Positions 27,976-38,227 of a DNA stretch of 64,000 nt are shown here, piece by piece (the first letter of the stretch is position 1; every line of letters begins with the position of its first letter). The translations under genes and the position numbers were made by a program. The notes under the pieces were generated by a model. That model made no database searches. It was not told the origin of the DNA and saw only the letters and a list, made by a program, of their open reading frames with translations. The stretch comes from an uncultured virus (IMG/VR IMGVR_UViG_3300037634_004692) (taxonomy: Duplodnaviria; Heunggongvirae; Uroviricota; Caudoviricetes). The DNA lies in the IMG/VR virus record IMGVR_UViG_3300037634_004692; one strand, 5' to 3'.

Positions 27976-28013
27976 CACATTTTGTATAAATACGAATAAC
28001 AAAAGGATATGTC

Positions 28014-29291
28014 ATGGAAAACTTAGCACACGAAATATTTAATATTCTAAAAGGGGCAAACTATAAATTAGTATTGTTCACGGAGAGTGGTCAAAAAACC
28101 ACAGACGATACAGAAGCCACACGTTTTTACGCATACGATCAAGATTTAATGATATCGCTACGTATGGAAAAAGCACAAATTTCAACAGTGGTACAGGCCG
28201 GGCTAGACTATGATATTACAGATAATATGAAATTGATCAAAGCGATCAAAAAAGCGACACATAACAACTTAGGTGAATTTACAGTGAGAAATTTTGACAA
28301 ACACATTGAACCAAAAGATTTTAGCCATCAAAATGTAAGTGAAGGCGTATTTGGAAAGGCATATGGTAGCATTAAGACAAGTTATGTACCATTTAAAGAA
28401 GCTAAATTAATAATTAAACATAGTAAAGGCGTAGATGAAACAAAACGTGGTGCGCGGAGCCGCAACATACATAATTTGTTTATTGAAAATGCCAATGGCG
28501 AACGATTTAATTTCCCGCACCGATATATGGCAGGTGCAAAAGCAATGACTATGCATGTTGATAATGGTGGTAATCCATACGATCAAAAAGGTCAACAAAT
28601 TTTGAGCGTTTGTGAAGAAATTGCAGACTTGGCAAAATTTATTAAGCATACACGGTCTAATAAATTAGTTAATGAAGATAATGGCGATATTATTGAAGCA
28701 GTGCGCAGTCGTGTAGCTGAACAAAAATCATTTATAAAATCATTAACTACACGCAAAGGTTATAACAATTTTCAAAGTCAAGAAGTTCAAGAAGTTCAAG
28801 AAGAAGATGAAATAAATGTTGACATTAGCGAACAGTTTATGTATAATACGTTTACCGCAGAAGATATGCAGCGGGTTATAACACGTGTCAATGGCATTGT
28901 ATCAGAAAATAGGAAAAAAGACCAAATGGAAGAAAAATTATTCAATGAACTTTTTGCAATCATTAAATCTGGCGATGATCTTGCTATTGATATTGATCCT
29001 AACGATCCTGAGCATCCAGATAACGAAAATCCAGCAAAGTATGCTGGCAGCGAAGGCCCTGTTGCTAAATTAAGCGCCTTACTATCGTTTATTGGATTGC
29101 GTTCGAAAAACCATGTATTATCAAATGTTTTATGGGGTATTGCAGACCGTGTTCATGACATGGATAATAAGAAACAAATAGCAGTTGCTAAATTTGTAAG
29201 ATTTGCAATGATGCCAAAGAAAACAGAAACAGAAAGTATAACCGATCTTAGTGAAGATGTAATGTTTGCATTAAGACAAAAAATTTCATAA
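28014..29291 (+). CDS. Hypothetical late protein
   Basis: 425-aa ORF after TATAAATA and an AAGGA RBS. Confidence 0.75.
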   Translation: MENLAHEIFNILKGANYKLVLFTESGQKTTDDTEATRFYAYDQDLMISLRMEKAQISTVVQAGLDYDITDNMKLIKAIKKATHNNLGEFTVRNFDKHIEPKDFSHQNVSEGVFGKAYGSIKTSYVPFKEAKLIIKHSKGVDETKRGARSRNIHNLFIENANGERFNFPHRYMAGAKAMTMHVDNGGNPYDQKGQQILSVCEEIADLAKFIKHTRSNKLVNEDNGDIIEAVRSRVAEQKSFIKSLTTRKGYNNFQSQEVQEVQEEDEINVDISEQFMYNTFTAEDMQRVITRVNGIVSENRKKDQMEEKLFNELFAIIKSGDDLAIDIDPNDPEHPDNENPAKYAGSEGPVAKLSALLSFIGLRSKNHVLSNVLWGIADRVHDMDNKKQIAVAKFVRFAMMPKKTETESITDLSEDVMFALRQKIS

Positions 29292-29308
29292 AGAAATCAA
29301 CAATTTGC

Positions 29309-29337
29309 TTGACAGTAGGCAATTAAAAGTATATACT
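29309..29337 (+). promoter_or_regulatory. Sigma70-type promoter of gp32
   Basis: TTGACA-17-TATACT. Confidence 0.85.
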
Positions 29338-29420
29338 GTATAGGCTAACAAAGGCAAAACCCGCACATGCAATAGTGTGTGCATTTAAAACTAATATAGG
29401 CTAATAAAGGAGAAATAACT

Positions 29421-30404
29421 ATGGCTGGAACTCTAGCACAAATCAGAGCAAAACTGCTCGAACAAGAAAATCGTCAATCAGGAAATAAATCCACTGGTAC
29501 TGGCGATAATGCAATTTTCCCACACTGGAACATCAAAGAAGGCGAATCAACAACATTGCGTTTCCTTCCTGACGCTGATGAAAATAATACATTTTTCTGG
29601 AAAGAACGTCAAATGATGCGTTTCCAGTTTCCTGGGATTAAAGGACAAGACGAGAATAAACCTGTAACTGTACAGGTGCCGTGTGTAGAAATGTGGGGCG
29701 ATACTTGCCCAGTTCATGCGGAAATTCGTCCATGGTTTAAAGACCCAGCATTGGAAGACAATGCTCGTAAGTATTGGAAGAAGCGCAGTTATCTATTCCA
29801 AGGATTTGTTACTGACAATCCATTGGATGAAGAAAACCCAGCAAATCCAATTCGTCGATTTGTAATCTCACCTCAAATCTTTAAAATTATTAGCGCAGCT
29901 CTTATGGACCCAGATTTCCCAGAACTGCCAACTGATTATGAACAAGGCACTGACTTTAAAGTAATGAAAGGAAGCAAAGGCCAATATGCTGATTATGGTA
30001 CTTCTAATTGGGCACGTCGTGAGCGTGGCCTAAATCAAGAAGAACGTGATGCAATTGCACAACATGGACTGTATACTTTGAATGACTTCCTACCTAAGAA
30101 GCCAGACGCTGAGCATCTAAATGCTATCTTTGAAATGTTTGAAGCCAGTGTAGATGGTCAATTATATGATCCAGATCGTTTTGCAAATTACTATCGTCCA
30201 TATGGCGTCGATGCACCAGCTCGTAGTGGTAATGGTCCTACTCCAGCAGCAGCAGCGGCAAAAGCGGCACCAGCACCAGCAGCGGCACCAGCAGCAGCGG
30301 CGGCACCAGCAGCAGCACCATTTGATGCTGACCCTGCACCAGCAGCAGACGGTGATAAGCCAAGCGCTCAGGATATTTTAGCAGCAATTCGTAATCGTAA
30401 GTAA
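29421..30404 (+). CDS. gp32: ssDNA-binding protein (T4 gp32-like)
   Basis: LRFLPD, C..MWGDTCPV, YWKKRSY and GTDF motifs; Ala/Pro linker; precedes UvsX. Confidence 0.88.
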   Translation: MAGTLAQIRAKLLEQENRQSGNKSTGTGDNAIFPHWNIKEGESTTLRFLPDADENNTFFWKERQMMRFQFPGIKGQDENKPVTVQVPCVEMWGDTCPVHAEIRPWFKDPALEDNARKYWKKRSYLFQGFVTDNPLDEENPANPIRRFVISPQIFKIISAALMDPDFPELPTDYEQGTDFKVMKGSKGQYADYGTSNWARRERGLNQEERDAIAQHGLYTLNDFLPKKPDAEHLNAIFEMFEASVDGQLYDPDRFANYYRPYGVDAPARSGNGPTPAAAAAKAAPAPAAAPAAAAAPAAAPFDADPAPAADGDKPSAQDILAAIRNRK

Positions 30405-30472
30405 GTAGCACAACTTGGGCCACTGCTTTTTGCATGCCCAAGTTCTGTTTATGTGAATGGAGAAAAAACATT

Positions 30473-31567
30473 ATGGCAAGACCATTTGACGTAAGTAAAT
30501 TCCGCAAAAGTATCACAAAATCTGTACCTGGATTAAGCACTGGATTTCGAGATCCTGACACCTGGATTTCAACAGGAAATTATACATTAAACAAACTAAT
30601 TAGTGATGATTTTCATAAAGGTGTACCACTAGGTAAAGTAACTGTTCTTGCAGGAGAATCAGGCGCAGGTAAAAGTTATATTGCAGCAGGGAACGTAGTA
30701 AAAGCAGCACAAGATCAAGGTATTTTTGTTGTATTAATTGACAGTGAAAATGCACTTGATGAAAAATGGCTACATGCACTAGAGGTTGATACTAGTGAAG
30801 AAAAGTTAATGAAATTAAATGTAGCAATGATCGACGATGTAGCAAAAGTTATTAGTGACTTTATGAAAGAGTATAAATCTAATTTTGCAGATGCACCGGA
30901 TGAAGAACGTCCAAAAGTATTATTTGTAATTGACTCTTTGGGTATGATGTTAACGCCTACTGATGTTGACCAGTTCAACAAAGGTGATATGAAAGGTGAT
31001 TTGGGTCGTAAACCTAAAGCCTTAACTGCATTGGTACGAAACTGTGTAAACATGTTTGGTGATTATAATATTGGATTATTGGCAACTAACCATACATATG
31101 CATCACAAGATATGTTTGACCCAGATGATAAAATCTCAGGCGGCCAAGGCTTTATCTATGCATCAAGTATTGTTATTGCAATGCGTAAACTTAAACTAAA
31201 AGTAGATGCAGACGGTAATAAAACATCACAAGTACATGGCATTCGTGCAGCATGTAAAGTAATGAAAACACGTTATGCAAAACCATTTGAAAGTGTACAA
31301 GTAGAAATTCCATATGAAACAGGAATGAGTCCGTATAGTGGATTAACAGACTTTTTTGAAGCTAAAGGGGTATTAAAGAAAAGCGGCAATAGCTTGGAAT
31401 ATATTAGTCCAGTAACTGGCGAAGTTATTAAAATGTTCCGCAAGCCGTGGAATGCAAATAAAAACGGGGCATTAGATCTAGTAATGTCTGAATGGAATAG
31501 TTTACCAGAAGAAATTCAGGATGGAGTAGAAATTCCCGACTTGGAGGATGAAAATGAAACTAGCTGA
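30473..31567 (+). CDS. uvsX: RecA-like recombinase UvsX
   Basis: GESGAGKS, IDSENALD, VIDSLG, NHTY and SGGQG motifs. Confidence 0.95.
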   Translation: MARPFDVSKFRKSITKSVPGLSTGFRDPDTWISTGNYTLNKLISDDFHKGVPLGKVTVLAGESGAGKSYIAAGNVVKAAQDQGIFVVLIDSENALDEKWLHALEVDTSEEKLMKLNVAMIDDVAKVISDFMKEYKSNFADAPDEERPKVLFVIDSLGMMLTPTDVDQFNKGDMKGDLGRKPKALTALVRNCVNMFGDYNIGLLATNHTYASQDMFDPDDKISGGQGFIYASSIVIAMRKLKLKVDADGNKTSQVHGIRAACKVMKTRYAKPFESVQVEIPYETGMSPYSGLTDFFEAKGVLKKSGNSLEYISPVTGEVIKMFRKPWNANKNGALDLVMSEWNSLPEEIQDGVEIPDLEDENETS

Positions 31568-31808
31568 TCATGAAATTGAACTTTATTTAAACATTTATAC
31601 AAGTGCAAAAAGTTTAATTCCGGCCAAGGACCGACCAGACTGGGCATTCAGATTTCTTGATATTATGAATGATAATGGCATTGAAATTAAAGTTCATACT
31701 GAAGAAATTATTGAAGCATGCCCGTACTTAGATCAAGCGATGGATATTGTATCCGAGGACGAAGAGCCTGAAGATTGGGAAATTGATCAAGACGACGAGT
31801 GGGAATAA
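31554..31808 (+). CDS. Hypothetical acidic protein
   Basis: GGAGG RBS; lies between uvsX and uvsY. Confidence 0.7.
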   Translation: MKLADHEIELYLNIYTSAKSLIPAKDRPDWAFRFLDIMNDNGIEIKVHTEEIIEACPYLDQAMDIVSEDEEPEDWEIDQDDEWE

Positions 31809-32266
31809 TGAGTAATTGGTATAGCAAGGTTACGTCAGATCTAGCAAATGTTATTGGTGCAATTGCATATTTTGAACAGCAAATTGCTGAAGCACGATTT
31901 GAATGTAGTATGAAAGGTAATCTCGAAAAACAGAGCCGTGACATGCCAGGTATTGTCGAGCACCGTTTCAATCAACTACAAGAACTCGAAGCTATACTAG
32001 AACATTTGAACACAGAAATGCGTAAAACTCGCAGTCGTAAATTTCGTCAATTTTTAGAAAATTATAACCGTGCCTTAACTAGCCGTGATGCAGAGAAATT
32101 TGTAGATGGTGAACAAGAAGTGGTTGATCTTCAATATATTATCAATGATTTTAGTCTTGTACGCAATAAATTTATGGGAATTATTAAAGCATTGGAAACA
32201 AAACAATTCCAAATTAATAACGTCGTAAAACTTAGAGCAGCAGGTCTTGAAGATATATCATTATAA
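31808..32266 (+). CDS. uvsY: Recombination mediator UvsY
   Basis: Helical protein; RDAEKFVDGE...KQFQINNVVKLR; synteny with uvsX. Confidence 0.8.
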   Translation: MSNWYSKVTSDLANVIGAIAYFEQQIAEARFECSMKGNLEKQSRDMPGIVEHRFNQLQELEAILEHLNTEMRKTRSRKFRQFLENYNRALTSRDAEKFVDGEQEVVDLQYIINDFSLVRNKFMGIIKALETKQFQINNVVKLRAAGLEDISL

Positions 32267-32293
32267 AATTAATAATTCTTTGATGCATTACTT

Positions 32294-32321
32294 AATGCCC
32301 TCATAATGAGGGTATTTTTTT
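32294..32321 (+). terminator. Intrinsic terminator
   Basis: AATGCCCTCA-TAA-TGAGGGTATT followed by a T run. Confidence 0.8.
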
Positions 32322-32331
32322 GAAATAAAGC

Positions 32332-32360
32332 TCGACAAATGCTATAAATGTTGTTATAGT
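32332..32360 (+). promoter_or_regulatory. Sigma70-type promoter
   Basis: TCGACA-17-TATAGT. Confidence 0.65.
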
Positions 32361-32415
32361 AATAATACGGACAACGTAAGAGTGGTAATCTTACAACAAC
32401 GAAGGAAAAAGAGTT

Positions 32416-33120
32416 ATGACAAAGAAAGCAAAGAAAGTACTATATGCAGCTTATACACCAGTGCAAGTTCTTGCGTTATCGCTTGACATTTATAATCGTT
32501 TAGGATTTGTACGTAGCAATGAAGGCTACTGGAATGCTGATGATGAATTTGTAAGTGATTCTAAAACAGAACTTAACACAGCCTTAGCAGCACAGAAACA
32601 ACCAACTACTGATCAACTTAATGAAGCGCAGGCTATTAGTGATAAGTTTAATGGTCGTTTTATGATGAAGAAACTGACTGATTCGATCAATAGTTTTGAA
32701 CAAGGTGTTGCAGATTCACTTGATGCTGATAAAGAGTTTACACCATTCCAGATAGCAATTATTGCAAGTATACCAAATATGAATCAAGTTGATCTAAAGC
32801 GACAAGAAGTAGCTGATCGACTTGAACAAGTACAGTTTAAAAGTAAGCACTTTGGCGAATTAAAATCTCGATATGATATTGAGGTTGAAATAGTCGATTG
32901 CAAGTTTATTCAACGTACTGGCGTATATATTATTACATCATTACTTGATGATAATATTATTAAGTTTTGGTGGAGAGATCAGCCTGACATCAATGACATT
33001 ATTAAAGGTCGTAAATTGCGTATACGTGCAACAGTTAACAAGCATGAATATGGTCGATTTACTAAAACACAAGAAACTATGGTTAATCGGGTAAAAATCC
33101 TACAGATGGAGACTATTTAA
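32416..33120 (+). CDS. Hypothetical protein with possible C-terminal OB fold
   Basis: C-terminal IRATVNKHE...ETMVNRVK pattern. Confidence 0.65.
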   Translation: MTKKAKKVLYAAYTPVQVLALSLDIYNRLGFVRSNEGYWNADDEFVSDSKTELNTALAAQKQPTTDQLNEAQAISDKFNGRFMMKKLTDSINSFEQGVADSLDADKEFTPFQIAIIASIPNMNQVDLKRQEVADRLEQVQFKSKHFGELKSRYDIEVEIVDCKFIQRTGVYIITSLLDDNIIKFWWRDQPDINDIIKGRKLRIRATVNKHEYGRFTKTQETMVNRVKILQMETI

Positions 33121-33873
33121 ATGACGACAGTATTTGATGATATGATAAAAAAGTCAATACAAGAAGTTGATGATATAAATCTACCTGGAACGCCACAAGA
33201 AATACTTAAATATGTATATTGGTATATAGAAAAACACGAATTTTCTCCATCGCAAATTATTGATGTTTTTCGTATGAATGGCGGCTGGCACGCCTTTAAT
33301 AAAACAGAAGAATTGGTATATAATGAAAAGGCCAAGGAGTGTTTAGATTTTTGGCGCCAGCATTTTATCATGAGGCGACTTCGTGGAGAATTTGTACATA
33401 CTCCTTGGCAAAAGGGTATGATTGACTTAGTAAAAAATGATAATGAACTCGTGCCACTGTCTGAATTAAAATTGGTAGTAACAATGCCACGGTTTGCCGA
33501 TGAGCAGAAACGATGGAACAATTATTATGATACATATTCTTCTGTTCATAATGATTTGCTCCACCCGCAACGCACCTTTGACGACGGAATAGATTTAACA
33601 TTTGTTGAATCATATATGTATTACCGCAATAAGCCTGTCAGAAAGCGATATGTATTTGTTAGTAGTGACAATGAGTTGCATGTATATGATGCCGAACCGA
33701 CTGAAGAAGTATTTATAGAAGCATTTTTAAACCAAAATAATAATAAATTAAGCAATGCACATTTTCAATGTTCAGTTCGTAAACACGGTAGCCACTTAGA
33801 AGATGCATTTAAATATGCAAATATTCTACGCTTTAGTAAAATAAATGTAAAAGATAAATACCATAATACATAA
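33121..33873 (+). CDS. Hypothetical protein
   Basis: 250-aa ORF abutting the previous stop, GGAG RBS. Confidence 0.7.
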   Translation: MTTVFDDMIKKSIQEVDDINLPGTPQEILKYVYWYIEKHEFSPSQIIDVFRMNGGWHAFNKTEELVYNEKAKECLDFWRQHFIMRRLRGEFVHTPWQKGMIDLVKNDNELVPLSELKLVVTMPRFADEQKRWNNYYDTYSSVHNDLLHPQRTFDDGIDLTFVESYMYYRNKPVRKRYVFVSSDNELHVYDAEPTEEVFIEAFLNQNNNKLSNAHFQCSVRKHGSHLEDAFKYANILRFSKINVKDKYHNT

Positions 33874-33891
33874 CTAGGGTTTTAAAATATT

Positions 33892-34125
33892 ATGATAGAT
33901 TTACATACCGCTGGCCTTATTACATTGTGCTTTTCACTGTGCTTATTGTGGGCTATTACTGTAATATGGATAGGTAAAAAAATGGTAGGTAAAGATGCAT
34001 CTGGTATACAGATAATCTTTTTTTTAACTATGGCTGGTCCATGCGGCTGGACAATTATTGTAATTATCTTTTTATATGACATAGTAGATCACCTTTATAA
34101 CAAAATATTTCATAAAAATAACTAA
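33892..34125 (+). CDS. Small membrane protein (two TM helices)
   Basis: Two hydrophobic stretches. Confidence 0.55.
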   Translation: MIDLHTAGLITLCFSLCLLWAITVIWIGKKMVGKDASGIQIIFFLTMAGPCGWTIIVIIFLYDIVDHLYNKIFHKNN

Positions 34126-34163
34126 CGTGTTGTTTTATAACACTTTTTAGTTTCACTATCGTC

Positions 34164-34192
34164 TTGACAATCGTGACTAGATGCTGTATCAT
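34164..34192 (+). promoter_or_regulatory. Sigma70-type promoter
   Basis: TTGACA-17-TATCAT. Confidence 0.8.
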
Positions 34193-34227
34193 AGTATTAT
34201 ACGTTAAATAAAACAGGATCTTATGTT

Positions 34228-35091
34228 ATGGCTAAAATGGCTTTGAAAACTAAAAAATCTCCAACTGCTAAAAAATCAGCTAAAACAATTCTTGAAGTTG
34301 ATAATACTGAAATTGAAACCAACGAGACCGATGCACAAATTGTTGAACGCTTGCGTGAACGGTTTAGTATCCTAGATGATATGACACAAGCATCAATAGA
34401 CGGTATTGTACGTGGTATGGTTGTCACTGGTCCACCTGGTGTCGGTAAATCATTTGGTGTTGAAAACTGTATTGAAAAAAACAGCATGTTTGACAAAATT
34501 GCTGGTAAGCGTATGCGGTTTGGTATTGAAAAAGGTGCAGCTAGTTCCATTGGCTTATACAAATTGTTGTATACATATGCAGATGCCAATAACGTACTAG
34601 TGTTAGATGACTGTGATACAGTATTGTATGATGAGACATCACTTAACCTACTAAAGGCAGCATTAGACAGTAGCAAGAAACGTCGATTAAGTTGGAATAC
34701 AGATAGTTCATTGTTGCGTCGTGAAGGTATTCCTAGCAGCTTTGAATTTAAAGGCAGTGTAATCTTTATTACAAACCTTAAATTTGATCGTGTTCGTGGT
34801 AAAATTAAAGATCACTTAGATGCTATCATGTCACGCTGTCACTATTTAGATCTTACCATGGATAGTAATCGTGAAAAGATTCTACGGTGTAAACAAATTG
34901 TCGCTGATGGCATGTTGGAAGAATATAACTTCGCTATTGAAGAACAAGATCAAGTTTTAGATTTCATTATAAGCAATCAAGACAAATTGCGTGAAGTTAG
35001 TTTGCGGATGGTAACCAAAGTTGCTGATCTTAAAAAAGCAATGCCAGACAAATGGCAGCGTATGGCAGAATGCACGTGCCTACGCCGTTAA
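34228..35091 (+). CDS. AAA+ ATPase
   Basis: GPPGVGKS Walker A, VLVLDDCD Walker B, IFITN sensor, SRC arginine finger. Confidence 0.88.
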   Translation: MAKMALKTKKSPTAKKSAKTILEVDNTEIETNETDAQIVERLRERFSILDDMTQASIDGIVRGMVVTGPPGVGKSFGVENCIEKNSMFDKIAGKRMRFGIEKGAASSIGLYKLLYTYADANNVLVLDDCDTVLYDETSLNLLKAALDSSKKRRLSWNTDSSLLRREGIPSSFEFKGSVIFITNLKFDRVRGKIKDHLDAIMSRCHYLDLTMDSNREKILRCKQIVADGMLEEYNFAIEEQDQVLDFIISNQDKLREVSLRMVTKVADLKKAMPDKWQRMAECTCLRR

Positions 35092-35098
35092 ATAGAAG

Positions 35099-35127
35099 TT
35101 GACAACAACCCTTATATAACGTATAGT
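35099..35127 (+). promoter_or_regulatory. Sigma70-type promoter, 6 nt before the uvsW ATG
   Basis: TTGACA-17-TATAGT. Confidence 0.85.
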
Positions 35128-35133
35128 TAACAT

Positions 35134-36588
35134 ATGAAAACTTGCACATTAATTTTAAAAGATGAAGTAAATTGTAAAATCGAAGGACTTGACTTGGACA
35201 CGCGAAAGAAGTGTGAAAAAGAACTCAAGTTCTTCATGCCGTATGCATATCATGTACCAGCTTATAAATTAGGCAGGTGGGATGGATGCATTAGTTTCTT
35301 TACAGTAGGCGGAGTAAGTTATATTAACTTATTGGATCGAGTGCTGCCGTTTATATTAGAAGCAGGTTATGAACTGGAAGTTGAAGACTGTCGGTCTCAT
35401 CACGACGTATCATTTCAAGAAGTTACTGCTGAAACATTCAAACATAAAGTTTGGCCAAAAGGTCATCCTGTTGAAGGGCAACCAGTAATATTGCGTGATT
35501 ATCAAATTGATATTGTAAATAAGTTTTTAGATACACCGCATTGTTTACAGGAAATTGCCACTGGTGCTGGTAAGACACTTATCACAGCCGCTCTGTCAGA
35601 GCGTGTGGAGCAATATGGACGAAGTATTGTAATAGTACCCAATAAAGACTTAGTAAGACAGACATCAGATGACTATAAAAACTTGGGTCTTGATGTTGGT
35701 GTCTATTATGGTGATAAAAAGGATATTGGTAAAACACATACAATTTGTACCTGGCAAAGTTTGAATAGTATTAAAAAGCGGTTCAGGGATGGCACGTCTG
35801 ATATGAGCTTGCGTGATTTTGCTGAAGATGTAGTTTGTGTAATTGTAGATGAGGTGCATCAAGCTAAAGCAGATGTACTTAAAGATATGCTTACTAAAGA
35901 ATTTGCATATATCCCGTTACGTTGGGGATTAACAGGAACTATACCAAAAGCAGATCATGAATTTGTTAGCTTGCAGGCAAGTTTGGGCGAAGTAGTCAAC
36001 AAATTAGCTGCTAGTGAATTGCAAGACATGGGTGTATTAAGTAATTGCCATGTTAACGTGGTACAGTTAAAGGACATAGCAGTTCATAATAACTACCAGA
36101 GTGAATTAACATACTTAACTACTAATAAAGAACGTATGCACCATATAGCTGATTTAATACAAAAGATCAGCACAGGCGGCAATACACTTGTGCTAGTTGA
36201 TCGAATTAAAGCAGGCGAGATTCTGCAAGAACGTATTCCAGATTCGACATTTGTTAAAGGTGCGATGAAAAGTTCAGATAGGAAGGAGGCGTATGATGAA
36301 ATTAATGATGCAACTAACTCAATTACTATTGCAACGTATGGTGTCGCCGCCGTCGGCATTAACATTCCTCGTATCTTTAATTTAGTTCTATTAGAACCAG
36401 GCAAGAGCTTTGTACGAGTTATTCAAAGTATTGGACGTGGTATACGAAAAGCAAGTGATAAAGATCATGTAGAAATATGGGATTTAACTAGCACAGCCAA
36501 ATATAGTAAGAAGCATCTTACTGAACGTAAGAAATTTTATCGAGACGCTAATTATCCGTTTACTATTGAAAAGACCGATTGGATATAA
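35134..36588 (+). CDS. uvsW: SF2 DNA helicase UvsW
   Basis: LRDYQ, ATGAGKT, DEVH, GLTGT and QSIGRGIR motifs. Confidence 0.93.
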   Translation: MKTCTLILKDEVNCKIEGLDLDTRKKCEKELKFFMPYAYHVPAYKLGRWDGCISFFTVGGVSYINLLDRVLPFILEAGYELEVEDCRSHHDVSFQEVTAETFKHKVWPKGHPVEGQPVILRDYQIDIVNKFLDTPHCLQEIATGAGKTLITAALSERVEQYGRSIVIVPNKDLVRQTSDDYKNLGLDVGVYYGDKKDIGKTHTICTWQSLNSIKKRFRDGTSDMSLRDFAEDVVCVIVDEVHQAKADVLKDMLTKEFAYIPLRWGLTGTIPKADHEFVSLQASLGEVVNKLAASELQDMGVLSNCHVNVVQLKDIAVHNNYQSELTYLTTNKERMHHIADLIQKISTGGNTLVLVDRIKAGEILQERIPDSTFVKGAMKSSDRKEAYDEINDATNSITIATYGVAAVGINIPRIFNLVLLEPGKSFVRVIQSIGRGIRKASDKDHVEIWDLTSTAKYSKKHLTERKKFYRDANYPFTIEKTDWI

Positions 36589-36607
36589 TAACAAGGAAAT
36601 TTATTAA

Positions 36608-37108
36608 ATGAAGATATTAACCGTAGAAAATAACACATATGAATTGGATGAAATACCAGAAACAGTAGATGATTTACGATATGGAATACTAGATTATACA
36701 AATCCAAAGTTTATTGACTATTATTTCATTCCATTAATTTTTTTAGAAAGCTTTTATTCACCAGCAGCAGTAGTACAAATTGGACCATATCAAATAAACC
36801 TACCATTGGATTGGAGCATTGTAATTTGTGATCCTGAGGTTGGCGATCCTGAGGTAGTAAGCCTAATGAGTTTAAATGATCGCGGCTTCCAAACATTTGC
36901 AATGAATCCTATTAACGGATTTCAGCCACAATATCTAGACATTAACATCGTTAACGTGTATAATGATATTAAATGGCATGCACCTAAACTTAAATTTGGG
37001 CATCTGCTTTGTGTACCACTAAGTGATGCACCTGAAAGTCCATGTGTTTTAATTGTTAAAGATGCAAATAAAATACCAGATGTATTAGATATTAATGAAA
37101 TATTTTGA
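36608..37108 (+). CDS. Hypothetical protein of the replication cluster
   Basis: AAGGA RBS; 166 aa. Confidence 0.75.
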   Translation: MKILTVENNTYELDEIPETVDDLRYGILDYTNPKFIDYYFIPLIFLESFYSPAAVVQIGPYQINLPLDWSIVICDPEVGDPEVVSLMSLNDRGFQTFAMNPINGFQPQYLDINIVNVYNDIKWHAPKLKFGHLLCVPLSDAPESPCVLIVKDANKIPDVLDINEIF

Positions 37109-37121
37109 TGAGATATGGTAA

Positions 37122-37562
37122 ATGAGCAAACTATCTATTAAAAGTGAAATGGCTGCTATCGATCGCAAAGATAGAACTTGGTGGAATAGTTTAACTGATG
37201 AAGAAAAGAAAAAAGTTAGTCCTTGGGTATTAATGCGATATGCTAGTAGTGTTAAACATGACATCACTGGATTTGAAGAACACTATTTAGAATTTATTAA
37301 TGAACTAGTAAATGTACATTTTAATACAGTAAGACATCATCCAGAATTACAGATACAATTAATGCAAGTAGTGGGACTTGGTAAAAATCAATTTCATCCT
37401 TGGATAGCACCAGGCAAGCGCGGTAAAAGTGACAAGAATGTAAAAATAATGGCAGCGCATTATCCGCACTTAAATGATGATGAATTAAATATTTTTATTT
37501 CGCAACATACACCAAAAGAATTGAAAAAACTTATTGAACAATTGACAGACGCTGAAAAATAG
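37122..37562 (+). CDS. Clamp loader small subunit (gp62-like)
   Basis: SPWVLMRYAS...N...HPELQ...FHPWI pattern; replication context. Confidence 0.6.
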   Translation: MSKLSIKSEMAAIDRKDRTWWNSLTDEEKKKVSPWVLMRYASSVKHDITGFEEHYLEFINELVNVHFNTVRHHPELQIQLMQVVGLGKNQFHPWIAPGKRGKSDKNVKIMAAHYPHLNDDELNIFISQHTPKELKKLIEQLTDAEK

Positions 37563-38225
37563 ATGTTTAAATGTGACTATTGTAAAAAAACTTTCCGTAG
37601 GGAAACTACTATAGCAACTCATACTTGCGAAGTTAAACGGCGATATTTACAAGAAAAAGATCACAATGTCCAGCTCGGTTTTCGAGCATATCAATTATTT
37701 TATCGTATTGGTACTAACAGTAAAAAAGAAAAATCATATGAACATTTTGTAAAAAGTAACTATTACAGTGCATTTGTAAGGTTTGGTGGATATTGTATTG
37801 ATTTACGTATAGATGATTCAGAAAATTATGTACGATGGCTCTTGAAAAATAGTATAAAATTAGACAAGTGGACTAGTGATTTAAATTTTAATAAGTGGAA
37901 CAAGGATAGACTCAAGCGAGAAAGCGTCGATCGTGCTGTAGAACGCACGGTCATATTTATGATGGAATGGGCAACCCCTATAGATAGAAACTGGAGCGAT
38001 TATTGGCAATATGCGAATACTAACGACATTGTATTTCATATTTGTGCAGGCCGGATCAGTCCATGGGTTATCTATTCAAGTAAAAAAGCGCAATCAATGT
38101 TAGATAAACTGAATAGTGAACAACTTAACATGATAATTGAATATATTGATCCAACACATTGGCAACGAAAATTAAAAACACATGCTAGCGATTTTACTTG
38201 GGTTGAATCAGTTTTAGGAGAATAA
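37563..38225 (+). CDS. Hypothetical protein with N-terminal zinc finger
   Basis: FKCDYCKKTF...HTC. Confidence 0.75.
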   Translation: MFKCDYCKKTFRRETTIATHTCEVKRRYLQEKDHNVQLGFRAYQLFYRIGTNSKKEKSYEHFVKSNYYSAFVRFGGYCIDLRIDDSENYVRWLLKNSIKLDKWTSDLNFNKWNKDRLKRESVDRAVERTVIFMMEWATPIDRNWSDYWQYANTNDIVFHICAGRISPWVIYSSKKAQSMLDKLNSEQLNMIIEYIDPTHWQRKLKTHASDFTWVESVLGE

Positions 38226-38227
38226 GA

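Noticed and set aside
30240..30347. GC-rich GCACCAGCAGCG tandem repeats as a separate element
   Set aside because: They encode the Ala/Pro linker of the SSB.
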